This document shows positions 8,512 through 17,958 of a DNA stretch of 64,000 bases, piece by piece. How positions within the stretch are numbered: position 1 is the first letter of the stretch; every line of letters starts with the position of its first letter. This DNA comes from Dehalococcoidia bacterium. Lineage in GTDB: Bacteria; Chloroflexota; Dehalococcoidia; UBA2979. The notes beneath the pieces are model-generated. The model saw nothing but the letters and a program-made list of their open reading frames with translations. It searched no databases and had not been told where the DNA came from. A program made the position numbers and the translations under genes. The stretch is taken from contig CAXXDN010000002.1 in the NCBI GenBank assembly GCA_963667465.2, positions 832,001-896,000 on the forward strand, given 5' to 3'.

Positions 8512-9288
8512 GTGACGCAACGCCTCGACGCCAACGTCGCCGTCGTCACCGGCGCCGCCTCCGGCGCCGGACGGGCGATGGCGCAGCGCTGTGCTTCCGA
8601 AGGCGCCGCCGTGCTCTGCGCCGACCTCAACGAGGACGGCCTCGCCGGGACGGTCGCGAGCATCGAGGCCGCCGGCGGACGCGCCGCCGCACGGCGCGTC
8701 GACGTCTCCCGCGAGTCCGATGTCGAGGCGATGCTGCAGGAGGCCGTCGAGCGGTTCGGGCGGCTCGATCTGCTGTTGAATAACGCGGCCGTCGGGGGCG
8801 GCGTCGGCGACTGGTCGCGGACAATTGCGGTCAACCTCGAGGGCGTCTACTACGGGCTGCAACACGGTGCGGCGCTGCTTGCCGAGCAGGGCGGCGGCGC
8901 GATCGTCAGCACGGCCTCGGTCGGCGCGCTGGTCGCGCTGCGCCACCACCGGCTGCCGCGCGACGGCGGCACGCTGCCCTCGGGTCCGCTCGGCTACGTC
9001 GCCGCCAAGGCTGGAGTCGTGGGCCTGACGAGGCAGTTCGCCGTCGTCTACGGGCGGCGCGGCGTGCGCGTCAACGCGATCGCCCCCGGCGGCATCGACA
9101 CGCCGATGCTGCGTGGCGGCAGCGACTTCAGCGAGGGCGACCCGCACCCCGCCGACGCGATCCACCCGCTCGGCCGCATCGCGCGGCCCTCGGAGATCGC
9201 GGCTGCGGCGGTCTTCCTCGCAAGCGACGAGGCGGCGTTCATTACCGGCGTCGTGCTGCCCGTCGACGGCGGCTACACCGCGATGTAG
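8512..9288 (+). CDS. SDR family oxidoreductase
   Basis: TGAASGAG, NNA, YVAAK, VDGG motifs. Confidence 0.92.
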   Translation: MTQRLDANVAVVTGAASGAGRAMAQRCASEGAAVLCADLNEDGLAGTVASIEAAGGRAAARRVDVSRESDVEAMLQEAVERFGRLDLLLNNAAVGGGVGDWSRTIAVNLEGVYYGLQHGAALLAEQGGGAIVSTASVGALVALRHHRLPRDGGTLPSGPLGYVAAKAGVVGLTRQFAVVYGRRGVRVNAIAPGGIDTPMLRGGSDFSEGDPHPADAIHPLGRIARPSEIAAAAVFLASDEAAFITGVVLPVDGGYTAM

Positions 9289-9356
9289 CCGCGCCGCAAC
9301 CACCGCGCGCCTGGACTCAGACCGACACGCTTGAGACGACCGAGGGGCGGGCAGCG

Positions 9357-10241
9357 ATGCAGGACTTCCATGGCAGGGTCGCCGTCGTCACCGGCGCGGC
9401 GAGCGGCATCGGGCGCGGGCTCGCGCAACGCTTCGCCGAGGAAGGCATGCGCGTCCTGCTCGCCGACGTCGAGGCGGACGCCCTCGATGTGGCTGTCGAG
9501 GAGCTGCGGGCGGCGGGGCACGAGGTGCGCGGCGAGCAGGTGGACGTCTCCAGCCAGGACTCGGTCGCTGCGCTCGCGGAGGCGGCGTTCGCCGCCTGGG
9601 GCGGGGTGCACGTGGTGTGCAACAACGCCGGCGTCGCGGCGGTCAACGACTGGGGCTCGCTGCACCCGGAGGGCGGCGTGCCGATGTGGGAGCTGACGCT
9701 CGATGACTGGCGCTGGACCTACGGCGTGAACTTCTGGGGCGTGCTCCACGGCATCCGCGCCTTCGCGCCGCTGCTGATCGAGCAGGGCGAGCCGGCGCAC
9801 ATCGTCAACACCGGCTCCGTGCAGAGCTTCCAGGGCAACACCAGCCTCGTCGCCTACAGCTCGACGAAGTTCGCCGTCGGGCGCATCACCGAGGCGTTGC
9901 AGATGCAGCTGCGGGAGCTCGGGTCGCCGGTGCGCGCGCACCTGCTCTGCCCCGGCGGCGTCGCGACCCGCAGCTACCTCGCGGAGCGCAACCGGCCGCC
10001 CGCGTTGCAAAACCCCGACCCGGCAGCGGGCGACCCGGAGCGCGCGGCCGCCTTCGAGCGCGCGCGCGAGGAGACCGGCGAGAGCATGGGCCGCAACATG
10101 CCGCCCTCGGGCGTCGCGGCGGCGGTGATCGAGGGACTGCGTGCGGAGCGCTTCTACATCTTCTCGCACGGGACCGACTTCGACGCCCGGATTCGCGCAC
10201 GCATGGAGCGGATCATCGCGCGCAAGGAGCCGCAGCCCTGA
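9357..10241 (+). CDS. SDR family oxidoreductase
   Basis: TGAASGIG, NNAG, YSSTK motifs. Confidence 0.92.
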   Translation: MQDFHGRVAVVTGAASGIGRGLAQRFAEEGMRVLLADVEADALDVAVEELRAAGHEVRGEQVDVSSQDSVAALAEAAFAAWGGVHVVCNNAGVAAVNDWGSLHPEGGVPMWELTLDDWRWTYGVNFWGVLHGIRAFAPLLIEQGEPAHIVNTGSVQSFQGNTSLVAYSSTKFAVGRITEALQMQLRELGSPVRAHLLCPGGVATRSYLAERNRPPALQNPDPAAGDPERAAAFERAREETGESMGRNMPPSGVAAAVIEGLRAERFYIFSHGTDFDARIRARMERIIARKEPQP

Positions 10242-10272
10242 TCCCGGTCCAAAGATCGGCTATCGTGCGCCC

Positions 10273-10719
10273 ATGACCGCTGACGACCGCCTCGCCATCC
10301 TCGATCAGATCGGCCGCTACTCCTACGCGGTCGACGCGTTCGACGGCGACGCATTCGCTGCGCGCTTCACCGCCGACGGCGTCTTCGAGCGCCGCGCGAT
10401 CGGCTCGGACGGGCCGTACGAGGTGATCGCGGGCCACGCGGCGCTGCGAAGCTGGATCCTCGGCATCCTCGAGACGCTCCCCGAGGGCGTGATCACTCGT
10501 CACCACCAGCGCGCAACGGTCTTCGAGGAGCTGAACGCGGACGCGGCGCGCACCCGCACGATGCTGCTGCTGACGAGCATCGGCCCCGGCGATCGCCACC
10601 CGCGAACGGTGAGCAGCGGCGTCTACCGCGACGAGTGGCGCCGCACTGCCAACGGCTGGCGCATCGCGCGGCGCATCGCCGACATGGACCGGCCGGCCCC
10701 GGACGCGGCGCGTGGCTGA
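10273..10719 (+). CDS. SnoaL-like/NTF2-fold protein
   Basis: DRLAILDQIGRYSYAVD, FTADG, RHH, GVYRDEWRRTANGWRIARR pattern. Confidence 0.85.
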   Translation: MTADDRLAILDQIGRYSYAVDAFDGDAFAARFTADGVFERRAIGSDGPYEVIAGHAALRSWILGILETLPEGVITRHHQRATVFEELNADAARTRTMLLLTSIGPGDRHPRTVSSGVYRDEWRRTANGWRIARRIADMDRPAPDAARG

Positions 10720-11005
10720 GGTGCGCATCGTCGGCAAGGCGATGGACGACCTCGCCGACGACTGGCACTGGGTGGTGTTGCATGCCGCCGAGGAGTTGGA
10801 GCCGCGCCTCTACTTCACCGCCCGCGTCGACACCGTCTGTGGCATCCTCATCGCGGATCGTCCGAGGAAGGTGCGGCTCTTCGACATGGGCGCGCCGGAC
10901 GAGCCGACCTGCCCGACCTGTAACAAGGACGGCCTGCCGCCCGGAATCCTCGCCGACGTGCGCGAGGCAATTGAGCGCGGCGAGCGCGAACCGGTGGAGG
11001 TCTAG
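10712..11005 (+). CDS. Hypothetical protein, possible H-CG-CxxC zinc finger
   Basis: Host-like codon usage, overlaps previous stop; WHW, VCG, TCPTC. Confidence 0.65.
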   Translation: MAEVRIVGKAMDDLADDWHWVVLHAAEELEPRLYFTARVDTVCGILIADRPRKVRLFDMGAPDEPTCPTCNKDGLPPGILADVREAIERGEREPVEV

Positions 11006-11027
11006 CCCCGGCCACCGGGCGCGGCGA

Positions 11028-11033
11028 TATACT
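11028..11033 (+). promoter_or_regulatory. -10 box TATACT 7 nt before polA ATG (leaderless-type)
   Basis: TATACT-gcgcgca-ATG, no Shine-Dalgarno. Confidence 0.6.
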
Positions 11034-11040
11034 GCGCGCA

Positions 11041-13881
11041 ATGGCCCTCGATCTGTCGGACCGCCCGAACCTCCTCGTCATCCTCGATTCGCACGGCATC
11101 ATCTATCGCTCGTACTACGCGCTGCGCGACAGCTTCGCGAGCACCGTGCGGCGCACCGGCGAGCCGGTCTGGGCCGTCTACGGCTACGCGAACTCGCTGC
11201 TCTACGTCCTCGACGAGCTGCGGCCGACGCACATCATCGCGGCCTGGGACGCCCCCACCCCTACCTTCCGCCACGAGGCCGACGCCGACTACAAGGCGAC
11301 CCGCGCGCCGACGCCCGACGACCTGAAGCCGCAGATCGAACGCGTGCGCGATGTGCTGGGCGCGTTCCGGATTCCCCTGATCGAGGCGCCGGGCTTCGAG
11401 GCCGACGACGTCCTCGGCACCCTCGCCACGCAGGCGAAGGCGGCGGGCGTCGAAACCGTTATCGTGACGCTCGACAACGACATGGTGCAGCTCGTCCAAC
11501 CGGGCGTGAAGGTGCTGATGTACCGGCCGTACCAGAGAGATTATGTCCTGTATGACACCGAGGGAGTGCGTGATCGCTGGGGCTTCGAGCCCGAGCAGAT
11601 CCCCGATTTCAAGGCCCTCGTCGGCGACAACACCGACAACATCGCCGGCGTCCGTGGCATCGGCGACAAGGGCGCGAAGGCGCTGATCGGTGAGTGGGGC
11701 ACGCTTGAAGGGATGATCGAGCACCTCGACGAGATCAAGCCGGCGCGCGCCCGGAAGGCGCTGGCCGCGGCCGTCGAGGAAGCCCGCCACTACAAGCGCA
11801 TGGCCACCATCGTCACGGACGTGCCGGACGTCACCCTCGAGCTCGACTCGGCGCTCGTGCACGACTACGACCGCGCGGCCGTGCTCTCGCTCTTCCAGGA
11901 GCTCGAGTTCCGCTCGCTCGTCGGGCGGCTGCCGCAGCACGCCGACGACGCGGACAGTAGCGGCGAGCAGCCCGAGGGCGCGATCACCAGCGGCGGCGAG
12001 TACGAGGTCGTAACGACGGCCGAGCGCCTCGGGGAGGTCGTCGAGGCCGTGCGCGCGGCCGGGCGCTTCGGGTTCGAGCTGTTGGCCGACGACGAGCATC
12101 CGATGCGCGCGGCCTACGGCCTCGTCGGCCTCGCGCTCAGCATCGAGCCGGGCACGGGCTGGTACCTCCCGTTCGGCCACACGCAGGAGCCGCTGCCGCC
12201 GAAGGCGGGCCAGCAGGAGCTGATGATGGACGCGCCGGAGCCCGTGGCGCCGGTCGTCCAGCTCCCGCGCGACGCCGTCCTCGAGGCCGCTCGCGCGCTG
12301 TTCACGGACCCGGACCTGCAGCGCGTCTCCAACAGCGGCAAGACGCAGTTGCTTGCGCTCGCGCAGACGCCCGGTGGGGTCTGGACCGAGAGCATCGACT
12401 TCGACAGCTCGATCGCCGCGTACGTGCTGGGCGAGCGCGCGCGCGATATTCGCGGGCTCGCGTTCGAGCGGCTGGGCCACGAGCTGCCCGAGGCGAAGAG
12501 TCTGCTCGGCACGGGCCGCAAGGCGATCCCCTTCTCGCGCACCGACCCCGAGGACGCCGCGGGCCTCGCCGCCGGCGCCGCCGACGCGACGCTGCGCCTC
12601 TCCGGCGAGCTGCTCGTGGACCTTGAGGCGAACGACCTCGACCGCGTCTTCCGCGAGATCGATCTGCCGCACCTGCCGGTGCTCGCTCGCATGGAGCAAT
12701 ACGGCCTCGCCGTGGACCGCGAAGCGCTCGCAATCCTCGGTGCGGAGCTGGCCGAGCTGACGGACGGAGCGCAGGACGAGGTCTTCTCCGCGGTCGGCCA
12801 CGAATTCCAGATCGGTTCGCCCCAGCAGCTCTCCCACGTGCTCTTCGAGGAGCTGGAGTTGCCCCGGACGCGCAAGACGGCGACGGGCTGGACGACAGAC
12901 GCGAACGCCCTGGAGCCGCTCCGCCAGGCGCACCCCGCCGTCGAGGCCGTGCTGCGCTGGCGCGAATTGACGAAGATCCGATCGACCTACGTGGACACGC
13001 TGCCAGGGCAGATCCACCCGATCACGGGGCGCGTTCACACGGTGTTCTCGCAGACGACTGCCGCCACCGGGCGGCTCTCCTCGAATGACCCGAACCTGCA
13101 GAACATCCCCGTGCGCACGGAGATCGGCGCGGCGGTGCGCAACGCCTTCGTCGCGCGCGACTGCGGCGACGATCCGATCCTGCTCTCGCTCGACTACTCA
13201 CAGATCGAGCTGCGCATCCTCGCCCACGTCTCCGGCGATGAGGAGCTGCGGCGCGCCTTCCTCGAGGGCGAGGACATCCACCGCGCGACGGCATCGAACG
13301 TCTTCCACGTCGGGCCCGACGAGGTGGATGCGGAGATGCGGCGTCGCGCGAAGGTGTTCAACTTCGGCGTGCTCTACGGCCTCACGGCGTTCGGCCTGTC
13401 GCAGCGCGAGGGCATCCCGCGGGACGAGGCCGAGGAGTTCATCCGCGCCTACTTCGCCGCCTACCCGCAGGTTGCGCACTGGCGCGATGCCGTCGTAACC
13501 GAGGCGCGCGACCGCGGCTACGCGGAGACGCTGACCGGCCGCCGCCGCTACATCCCGGAGCTCGGTTCGCGGAACCACAACCGCCGCCTCGCTGCCGAGC
13601 GGATCGCGATCAACATGCCGATCCAGGGCGCCGCCGCCGACATCATCAAGATCGCCATGAACCAGATCGACGCCGAGCTCATCGCCCACCGCGCTCACGG
13701 CGGACGGGCGCGCATGGTGCTGCAGGTCCACGACGAGCTCCTGTTCGAGCTCCCGCGCGAGGAACTCGACGCAGTGCGCGAGATCGCGCGCCGTCTCATG
13801 CCGGCCGTGCAGCTCTCGGTGCCGCTCGACCTCGACGAGAAGTACGGCCGCTCCTGGGGCGAGATGGTCGAGACGGCGTGA
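11041..13881 (+). CDS. polA: DNA polymerase I
   Basis: 5'-3' exonuclease motifs (YKATR, EADD), polymerase motifs TGRLSS, DYSQIELR, KxxNFGxLYG, QVHDEL. Confidence 0.98.
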   Translation: MALDLSDRPNLLVILDSHGIIYRSYYALRDSFASTVRRTGEPVWAVYGYANSLLYVLDELRPTHIIAAWDAPTPTFRHEADADYKATRAPTPDDLKPQIERVRDVLGAFRIPLIEAPGFEADDVLGTLATQAKAAGVETVIVTLDNDMVQLVQPGVKVLMYRPYQRDYVLYDTEGVRDRWGFEPEQIPDFKALVGDNTDNIAGVRGIGDKGAKALIGEWGTLEGMIEHLDEIKPARARKALAAAVEEARHYKRMATIVTDVPDVTLELDSALVHDYDRAAVLSLFQELEFRSLVGRLPQHADDADSSGEQPEGAITSGGEYEVVTTAERLGEVVEAVRAAGRFGFELLADDEHPMRAAYGLVGLALSIEPGTGWYLPFGHTQEPLPPKAGQQELMMDAPEPVAPVVQLPRDAVLEAARALFTDPDLQRVSNSGKTQLLALAQTPGGVWTESIDFDSSIAAYVLGERARDIRGLAFERLGHELPEAKSLLGTGRKAIPFSRTDPEDAAGLAAGAADATLRLSGELLVDLEANDLDRVFREIDLPHLPVLARMEQYGLAVDREALAILGAELAELTDGAQDEVFSAVGHEFQIGSPQQLSHVLFEELELPRTRKTATGWTTDANALEPLRQAHPAVEAVLRWRELTKIRSTYVDTLPGQIHPITGRVHTVFSQTTAATGRLSSNDPNLQNIPVRTEIGAAVRNAFVARDCGDDPILLSLDYSQIELRILAHVSGDEELRRAFLEGEDIHRATASNVFHVGPDEVDAEMRRRAKVFNFGVLYGLTAFGLSQREGIPRDEAEEFIRAYFAAYPQVAHWRDAVVTEARDRGYAETLTGRRRYIPELGSRNHNRRLAAERIAINMPIQGAAADIIKIAMNQIDAELIAHRAHGGRARMVLQVHDELLFELPREELDAVREIARRLMPAVQLSVPLDLDEKYGRSWGEMVETA

Positions 13882-13902
13882 GCCGCCGGCCCCCGCTGCG
13901 CG

Positions 13903-14733
13903 ATGCCTGAGCTGCCCGAGGTCGAAACCATCCGCCGCGGCCTGGAGCCGCGAGTCGTCGGGCGCACCATCGAGGCGGTGCGGATCCACGCCGGCGCAGA
14001 GCGGCTGGCGGTCACCCACTCCCCGCGCGAGTTCGAGCGCGAGCTGCCAGGGCGGCGCATCGAGGCGCTCGGGCGACACGGCAAGTACCTGATCGCCGCC
14101 CTCGATGACGGCCGCCACTGGGTGCTGCACCTGCGTATGACAGGCGTACTGCTGATCGGCGAGCGCTCGGCGCCCAGCGAGCGCTTCGAGCGCGCACGCG
14201 TCGACCTCGACGACGGCTGCGCGCTGCGCCTCAACGACATCCGCAAGTTCGGCACCTGGCACCTCGTCGAGGATCCTCAGGAGGCGATGCCGCGCATCGG
14301 GCCGGACGCGCTGTCCGGGGAGTTCAGCGTGCGCTGGCTGCGAGACGCTCTCGGCCGGCGCACGGTGGCGGTGAAGTCGGCGCTGCTCGATCAGCGGGTG
14401 GCGGCGGGGGTCGGCAACATCTACGCCGACGAGGCGCTGTGGATCGCCGGGATCGACCCGCGCACGCCCGCTGGATCGATCGGCCCGCGCCGCGTCGCAC
14501 GGCTGCACGCGGCGCTGCTGGAGACGCTGCGCGACGGGCTGGCCGACGGCGGGAGCTCCTTCGACGACTACCGCGACGCCTTCGGGCTGACCGGCGGGCA
14601 CCATCTGCGCGTCCACGTCTTTCGCCGCGAGGGCGAGCCGTGCGAGCGCCCTCGCTGCCACGGACGCGAGATCCGCAAGATCCGCCTCGGCGGACGCGCC
14701 ACGCACTACTGCGTGAGCTGTCAGCGCCGCTGA
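13903..14733 (+). CDS. mutM: Formamidopyrimidine-DNA glycosylase
   Basis: MPELPEVE start, GKYL, HLRMTG, GNIYADE, C-terminal zinc finger. Confidence 0.97.
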   Translation: MPELPEVETIRRGLEPRVVGRTIEAVRIHAGAERLAVTHSPREFERELPGRRIEALGRHGKYLIAALDDGRHWVLHLRMTGVLLIGERSAPSERFERARVDLDDGCALRLNDIRKFGTWHLVEDPQEAMPRIGPDALSGEFSVRWLRDALGRRTVAVKSALLDQRVAAGVGNIYADEALWIAGIDPRTPAGSIGPRRVARLHAALLETLRDGLADGGSSFDDYRDAFGLTGGHHLRVHVFRREGEPCERPRCHGREIRKIRLGGRATHYCVSCQRR

Positions 14734-14748
14734 CAGGCCCGCTGGCGA

Positions 14749-14785
14749 CACAAGCACGGGTTGCGGCCCGCGCGCCGTGCTTGTG
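14749..14785 (+). terminator. Stem-loop after mutM, possible terminator
   Basis: 11-bp perfect arms CACAAGCACGG / CCGTGCTTGTG; no clear U tract. Confidence 0.45.
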
Positions 14786-14855
14786 AGCCTCGGAACGCGC
14801 TGGTACGGTCCGCACCGGAACTCACAGGCGCCGGACTGAAGACGGGCCGGACGGC

Positions 14856-15761
14856 GTGATCGTGCTGCTGGTGGGCGGGCTGATCGGCATTGCGGGCGTC
14901 CTGCTCGCGTACGTCCTCGCGGCGTTCTACCTCGCCGAGTTGCTGACGCGCACCAAGCGCTGGCGCGTCGAGGGCAATCCCGCCGATCTGCGGCTGCGCC
15001 ACGACGAGGTCGAGTTCTTCGCGGCGGACGGTGTGTGCATCCGCGGCTGGTACATGGAATCGCCCGGTGCGCGCGCGACGATCGTCGTGGTGCACGACGC
15101 CCAGGGGACGCGCTCGGATCCCGGCCAGGGCCTGCTCGACCTCCAGCGCGACTACCTCCGCCGCGGCATCAACGTGCTCAGCTTTGACCTCCGCGGACGC
15201 GGTGAATCCGAGGGCGATGACGACCACCTCGGCGCGGCGGAGTTGGCGGATGTCGAGGCAGCGGTCGCGTATGCCCGGAGCCAGGGCGCGCACACTCCGC
15301 TGTTCCTGCATGGCTTCGGGATGGGCGCGGCGCTCGCGCTGCTGGTTGCGGCGCGCGACCCCGCCATCGCGGGCGTGATCGCGGACTCGCCGTTCGTCTC
15401 GATGCGCAGCTACGTGCGGCACGAGTACCAACAGTGGCCGGAGTTCGTCTTCTGGCTCGGCGCCTGGCTGGCCCGCCGCTTCTTCCACGCCGACGTCGAC
15501 GCCGTCTCACCGATCGAGGTGGTCCCGCAACTCCAGCAGCCAGTGCTGTACATCCACGCCGAGGACGACCCCGAGGTGCCCGTGGAGCACACACTGAACC
15601 TCGGAGCGGCCTCGCTCAACGCGGGCGACGAGATCTGGATCTCAGCCGCCGGCGGGCATTGCCGGACCTACCTCGACAACCCGGGCGGCTACCTCGCGCG
15701 CTGCATCGGCCACATCGGCTCGGTCGTTTCGCCGCGGCAGCCGCTCGCGCGTGCACCCTGA
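14856..15761 (+). CDS. Membrane-anchored alpha/beta fold protein lacking nucleophile Ser
   Basis: N-terminal TM helix, FDLRGRGES, HGFGMGA (cf. GxSMG), IADSPF, IH..DD..VP, GH. Confidence 0.82.
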   Translation: MIVLLVGGLIGIAGVLLAYVLAAFYLAELLTRTKRWRVEGNPADLRLRHDEVEFFAADGVCIRGWYMESPGARATIVVVHDAQGTRSDPGQGLLDLQRDYLRRGINVLSFDLRGRGESEGDDDHLGAAELADVEAAVAYARSQGAHTPLFLHGFGMGAALALLVAARDPAIAGVIADSPFVSMRSYVRHEYQQWPEFVFWLGAWLARRFFHADVDAVSPIEVVPQLQQPVLYIHAEDDPEVPVEHTLNLGAASLNAGDEIWISAAGGHCRTYLDNPGGYLARCIGHIGSVVSPRQPLARAP

Positions 15762-16804
15762 TGCCGCACGACCCCATGGGTTCAGCGGCTACCGGACCGC
15801 GCGACGCGATCACGGACGTCGGCGGCATCCGTGTTGGGCAATGGACGCACCGCCGCTGGGCGACCGGCTGCACGGTGGTGATCTGCGCCGCCGGGGCGGT
15901 CGGTGGCGTCGACGTGCGCGGGGCCGCGCCCGGGACGCGCGAAACGGACCTGCTGAGGCCCGGCAATCTCGTCGAGGAAGTGCACGCCGTCGTGCTCTCC
16001 GGCGGCTCCGCCTTCGGGCTCGACGCGGCTGGCGGAGTCGTTCGCTACCTAGAGGAGCAGGGCATCGGCCTGCGCTTCGCGGAGCGCACCATCCCGATCG
16101 TCCCGGCGGCGATCCTCTTCGACCTCGGGCTGGGGAGCGGCGCCCGCCGTCCCGGCGCCGCCGAGGGCGAACGCGCGGCGAGGCGCGCCACGGGCGGCCG
16201 CGTGGCGCAGGGCTCGGTCGGCGCGGGCGCCGGCGCGACGGTCGCCTCGCTGCTCGGCCAGGATCGGGCGCTCAAGGGCGGTCTCGGAACCGCCAGCGAG
16301 CGCCTGGAGAGCGGCGCGACCGTTGGAGCGATCGTCGCCGTGAACGCTGCCGGGGCGATTCGCGACCCGGGCGACGGCTCCCTCGTCGCCGCGCCCCGAG
16401 CCGATGGCAGTGGGTTCGTCGATCTCGATGCGCATCTGCGTAGCGGCGTCCGCTGGCCGGAACTGCCCGACCCTGACGCCGAGGATGGCGCGGACGGTCC
16501 GGAGAACACGACCATCGCGGTGGTCGCGACCGACGCGCGGCTCACGCGGGAGCAGGCGAACCGGCTGGCGACCGTCTGCCATGACGGCTTCGCACGCACG
16601 ATCTGGCCGGCGCACTGTCGCAGCGACGGCGACGTGATCTTCACGCTCGCCACCGGCGCCGTCGAGATCGACCGCTACGCCTACGCCGCCCTCGAGGCGC
16701 TCGCGACGCGCGCGGTGGAGCGCGCGGTGCTCAACGGCGTCAACGCCGCGGAGGGTCTTGCGGGCGTCCCAGCGGCTGCGGAATGGCGAGCTGCGGGGCG
16801 CTGA
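15761..16804 (+). CDS. P1/S58 family (DmpA/ThnT-like) Ntn hydrolase
   Basis: ITDVGGIRVG, GAAPGTRET, GGSAFGLDAA, GSVGAG, ENTTI autoproteolysis site, DGDVIF; TGATG coupling to upstream gene. Confidence 0.9.
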   Translation: MPHDPMGSAATGPRDAITDVGGIRVGQWTHRRWATGCTVVICAAGAVGGVDVRGAAPGTRETDLLRPGNLVEEVHAVVLSGGSAFGLDAAGGVVRYLEEQGIGLRFAERTIPIVPAAILFDLGLGSGARRPGAAEGERAARRATGGRVAQGSVGAGAGATVASLLGQDRALKGGLGTASERLESGATVGAIVAVNAAGAIRDPGDGSLVAAPRADGSGFVDLDAHLRSGVRWPELPDPDAEDGADGPENTTIAVVATDARLTREQANRLATVCHDGFARTIWPAHCRSDGDVIFTLATGAVEIDRYAYAALEALATRAVERAVLNGVNAAEGLAGVPAAAEWRAAGR

Positions 16805-16892
16805 CAGGAGTGCCGGGGCCGTTCGGGAGAGCCCTCGATCGAGGGTTCGTGTGTGTACCGCCGATACCTGTGCGCTATTCTCCTGATTGCTG

Positions 16893-17099
16893 ATGAAAGA
16901 CAGGAACCTGACACCGCAGGAGACCAGGGCGGTCAAGATCGTGTTCCTCTTGGCCGGCGGACTCGCTGCCCTCGGGTTCGCGTTCATGTTGTTGCCGGAG
17001 GTTCTCACGCTCATCTTCCTGGCGGTGGCCATCCCAATCATGGTCTTCGTTCGGTGGCGCTGGGGTGAGGCGATCGACAGGTGGTTGCTAGGCGGATGA
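16893..17099 (+). CDS. Small two-TM membrane protein, unknown function
   Basis: 68 aa with two hydrophobic segments flanked by charged ends. Confidence 0.6.
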   Translation: MKDRNLTPQETRAVKIVFLLAGGLAALGFAFMLLPEVLTLIFLAVAIPIMVFVRWRWGEAIDRWLLGG

Positions 17100-17377
17100 G
17101 TAGCTGGCTCGGGCTCAGCTACGATCGGACGGACAGGGTCGCTGGGTCACAACACATGGCTGGGCACCGATCGCCGGATGCCTACGCTCCAGCACCCGAT
17201 GCCCTTGGGCATGGCCGGAGGCGGCTGGCGCCCCAGCCCCTGGGTAAGCGGACCCGAGTCAGGCGCCGTGAGCCTGGAACCGGGCTTCGTAACCGTTCGG
17301 TAACGGCCATCGTGATGCACGCGCCCCGATCCTGGTAACAGATCCAATGATGCGATGCGCGGGGTTGCGCGCATGCC

Positions 17378-17532
17378 TATACTGTCGGCGCGTTCACGCC
17401 AGTTGGAACATGCGGATCCGCTTCAATCCCGCCGAGATCGGGACGGAGTGAGGACATGACCCAAGCACCCGGCCCGGCGGCTAACGTCCCCTTCGCGGAC
17501 GCGCCCGAACCAGCTGCGAACGGAGCCAGGCG
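17378..17532 (+). promoter_or_regulatory. panD operon promoter (-10 TATACT) and structured 5' leader, candidate pan-type RNA motif
   Basis: TATACT at 17378-17383; two foldable hairpins (about 17388-17413 and 17419-17450, the latter with an unpaired AA). Confidence 0.5.
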
Positions 17533-17536
17533 ATGA
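17456..17536 (+). CDS. Putative 26-aa leader peptide ([26 protein letters not shown])
   Basis: GGAG 7 nt before ATG; TGA overlaps panD ATG (ATGA). Confidence 0.4.
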   Translation: MTQAPGPAANVPFADAPEPAANGARR

Positions 17537-17958
17537 TGCGGATCATGCTGCGCTCGAAGATCCATCGCGCCACTGTCACCGCCGCCGACCTCGACTACGA
17601 GGGCTCGATCAGCATCGACCAGGCGCTGCTGGATGCGGCCGGCATCGTCGAGTGGGAGCAGGTGCACGTGGTCGACCTGACAAACGGCGCGCGCCTCGAG
17701 ACCTACGTTATACCGACGCCGGCTGGCTCCGGCGAGATCCAGATCAACGGCGCCGCGGCGCACCTCGTCGATCCCGGCGACATGGTGATCATCATGGCCT
17801 ACGAGGGCGTCCCCGAGGATCGCCTCGCCGGGCACCGCCCGCGCATCGTCCTCGTCAACGAGCGCAACCAGGTCGAATCCAGCTCATCCACCAACCTCGT
17901 CAACGGGGCACGTCCCGTGGAGTCGCGCGAGCCAGTCGTACAGGGGGCAGCACGATGA
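17533..17958 (+). CDS. panD: Aspartate 1-decarboxylase
   Basis: [16 protein letters not shown] cleavage site, [15 protein letters not shown]. Confidence 0.97.
   Translation: MMRIMLRSKIHRATVTAADLDYEGSISIDQALLDAAGIVEWEQVHVVDLTNGARLETYVIPTPAGSGEIQINGAAAHLVDPGDMVIIMAYEGVPEDRLAGHRPRIVLVNERNQVESSSSTNLVNGARPVESREPVVQGAAR

Noticed and set aside
9295-9313. CGCAACCAC(C)GCGC shared with about 29707-29722, upstream of two paralogous SDRs
   Set aside because: Short, GC-rich and only two instances; could be chance or a duplication relic
11002-13038. Long antisense ORFs over polA and similar ones across the window
   Set aside because: Stop-codon scarcity in high-GC DNA; no recognisable motifs
16829-16848. 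Near-perfect palindrome GAGCCCTCGATCGAGGGTTC
   Set aside because: Single short hairpin after a stop codon; an ordinary terminator-like element with no second copy seen
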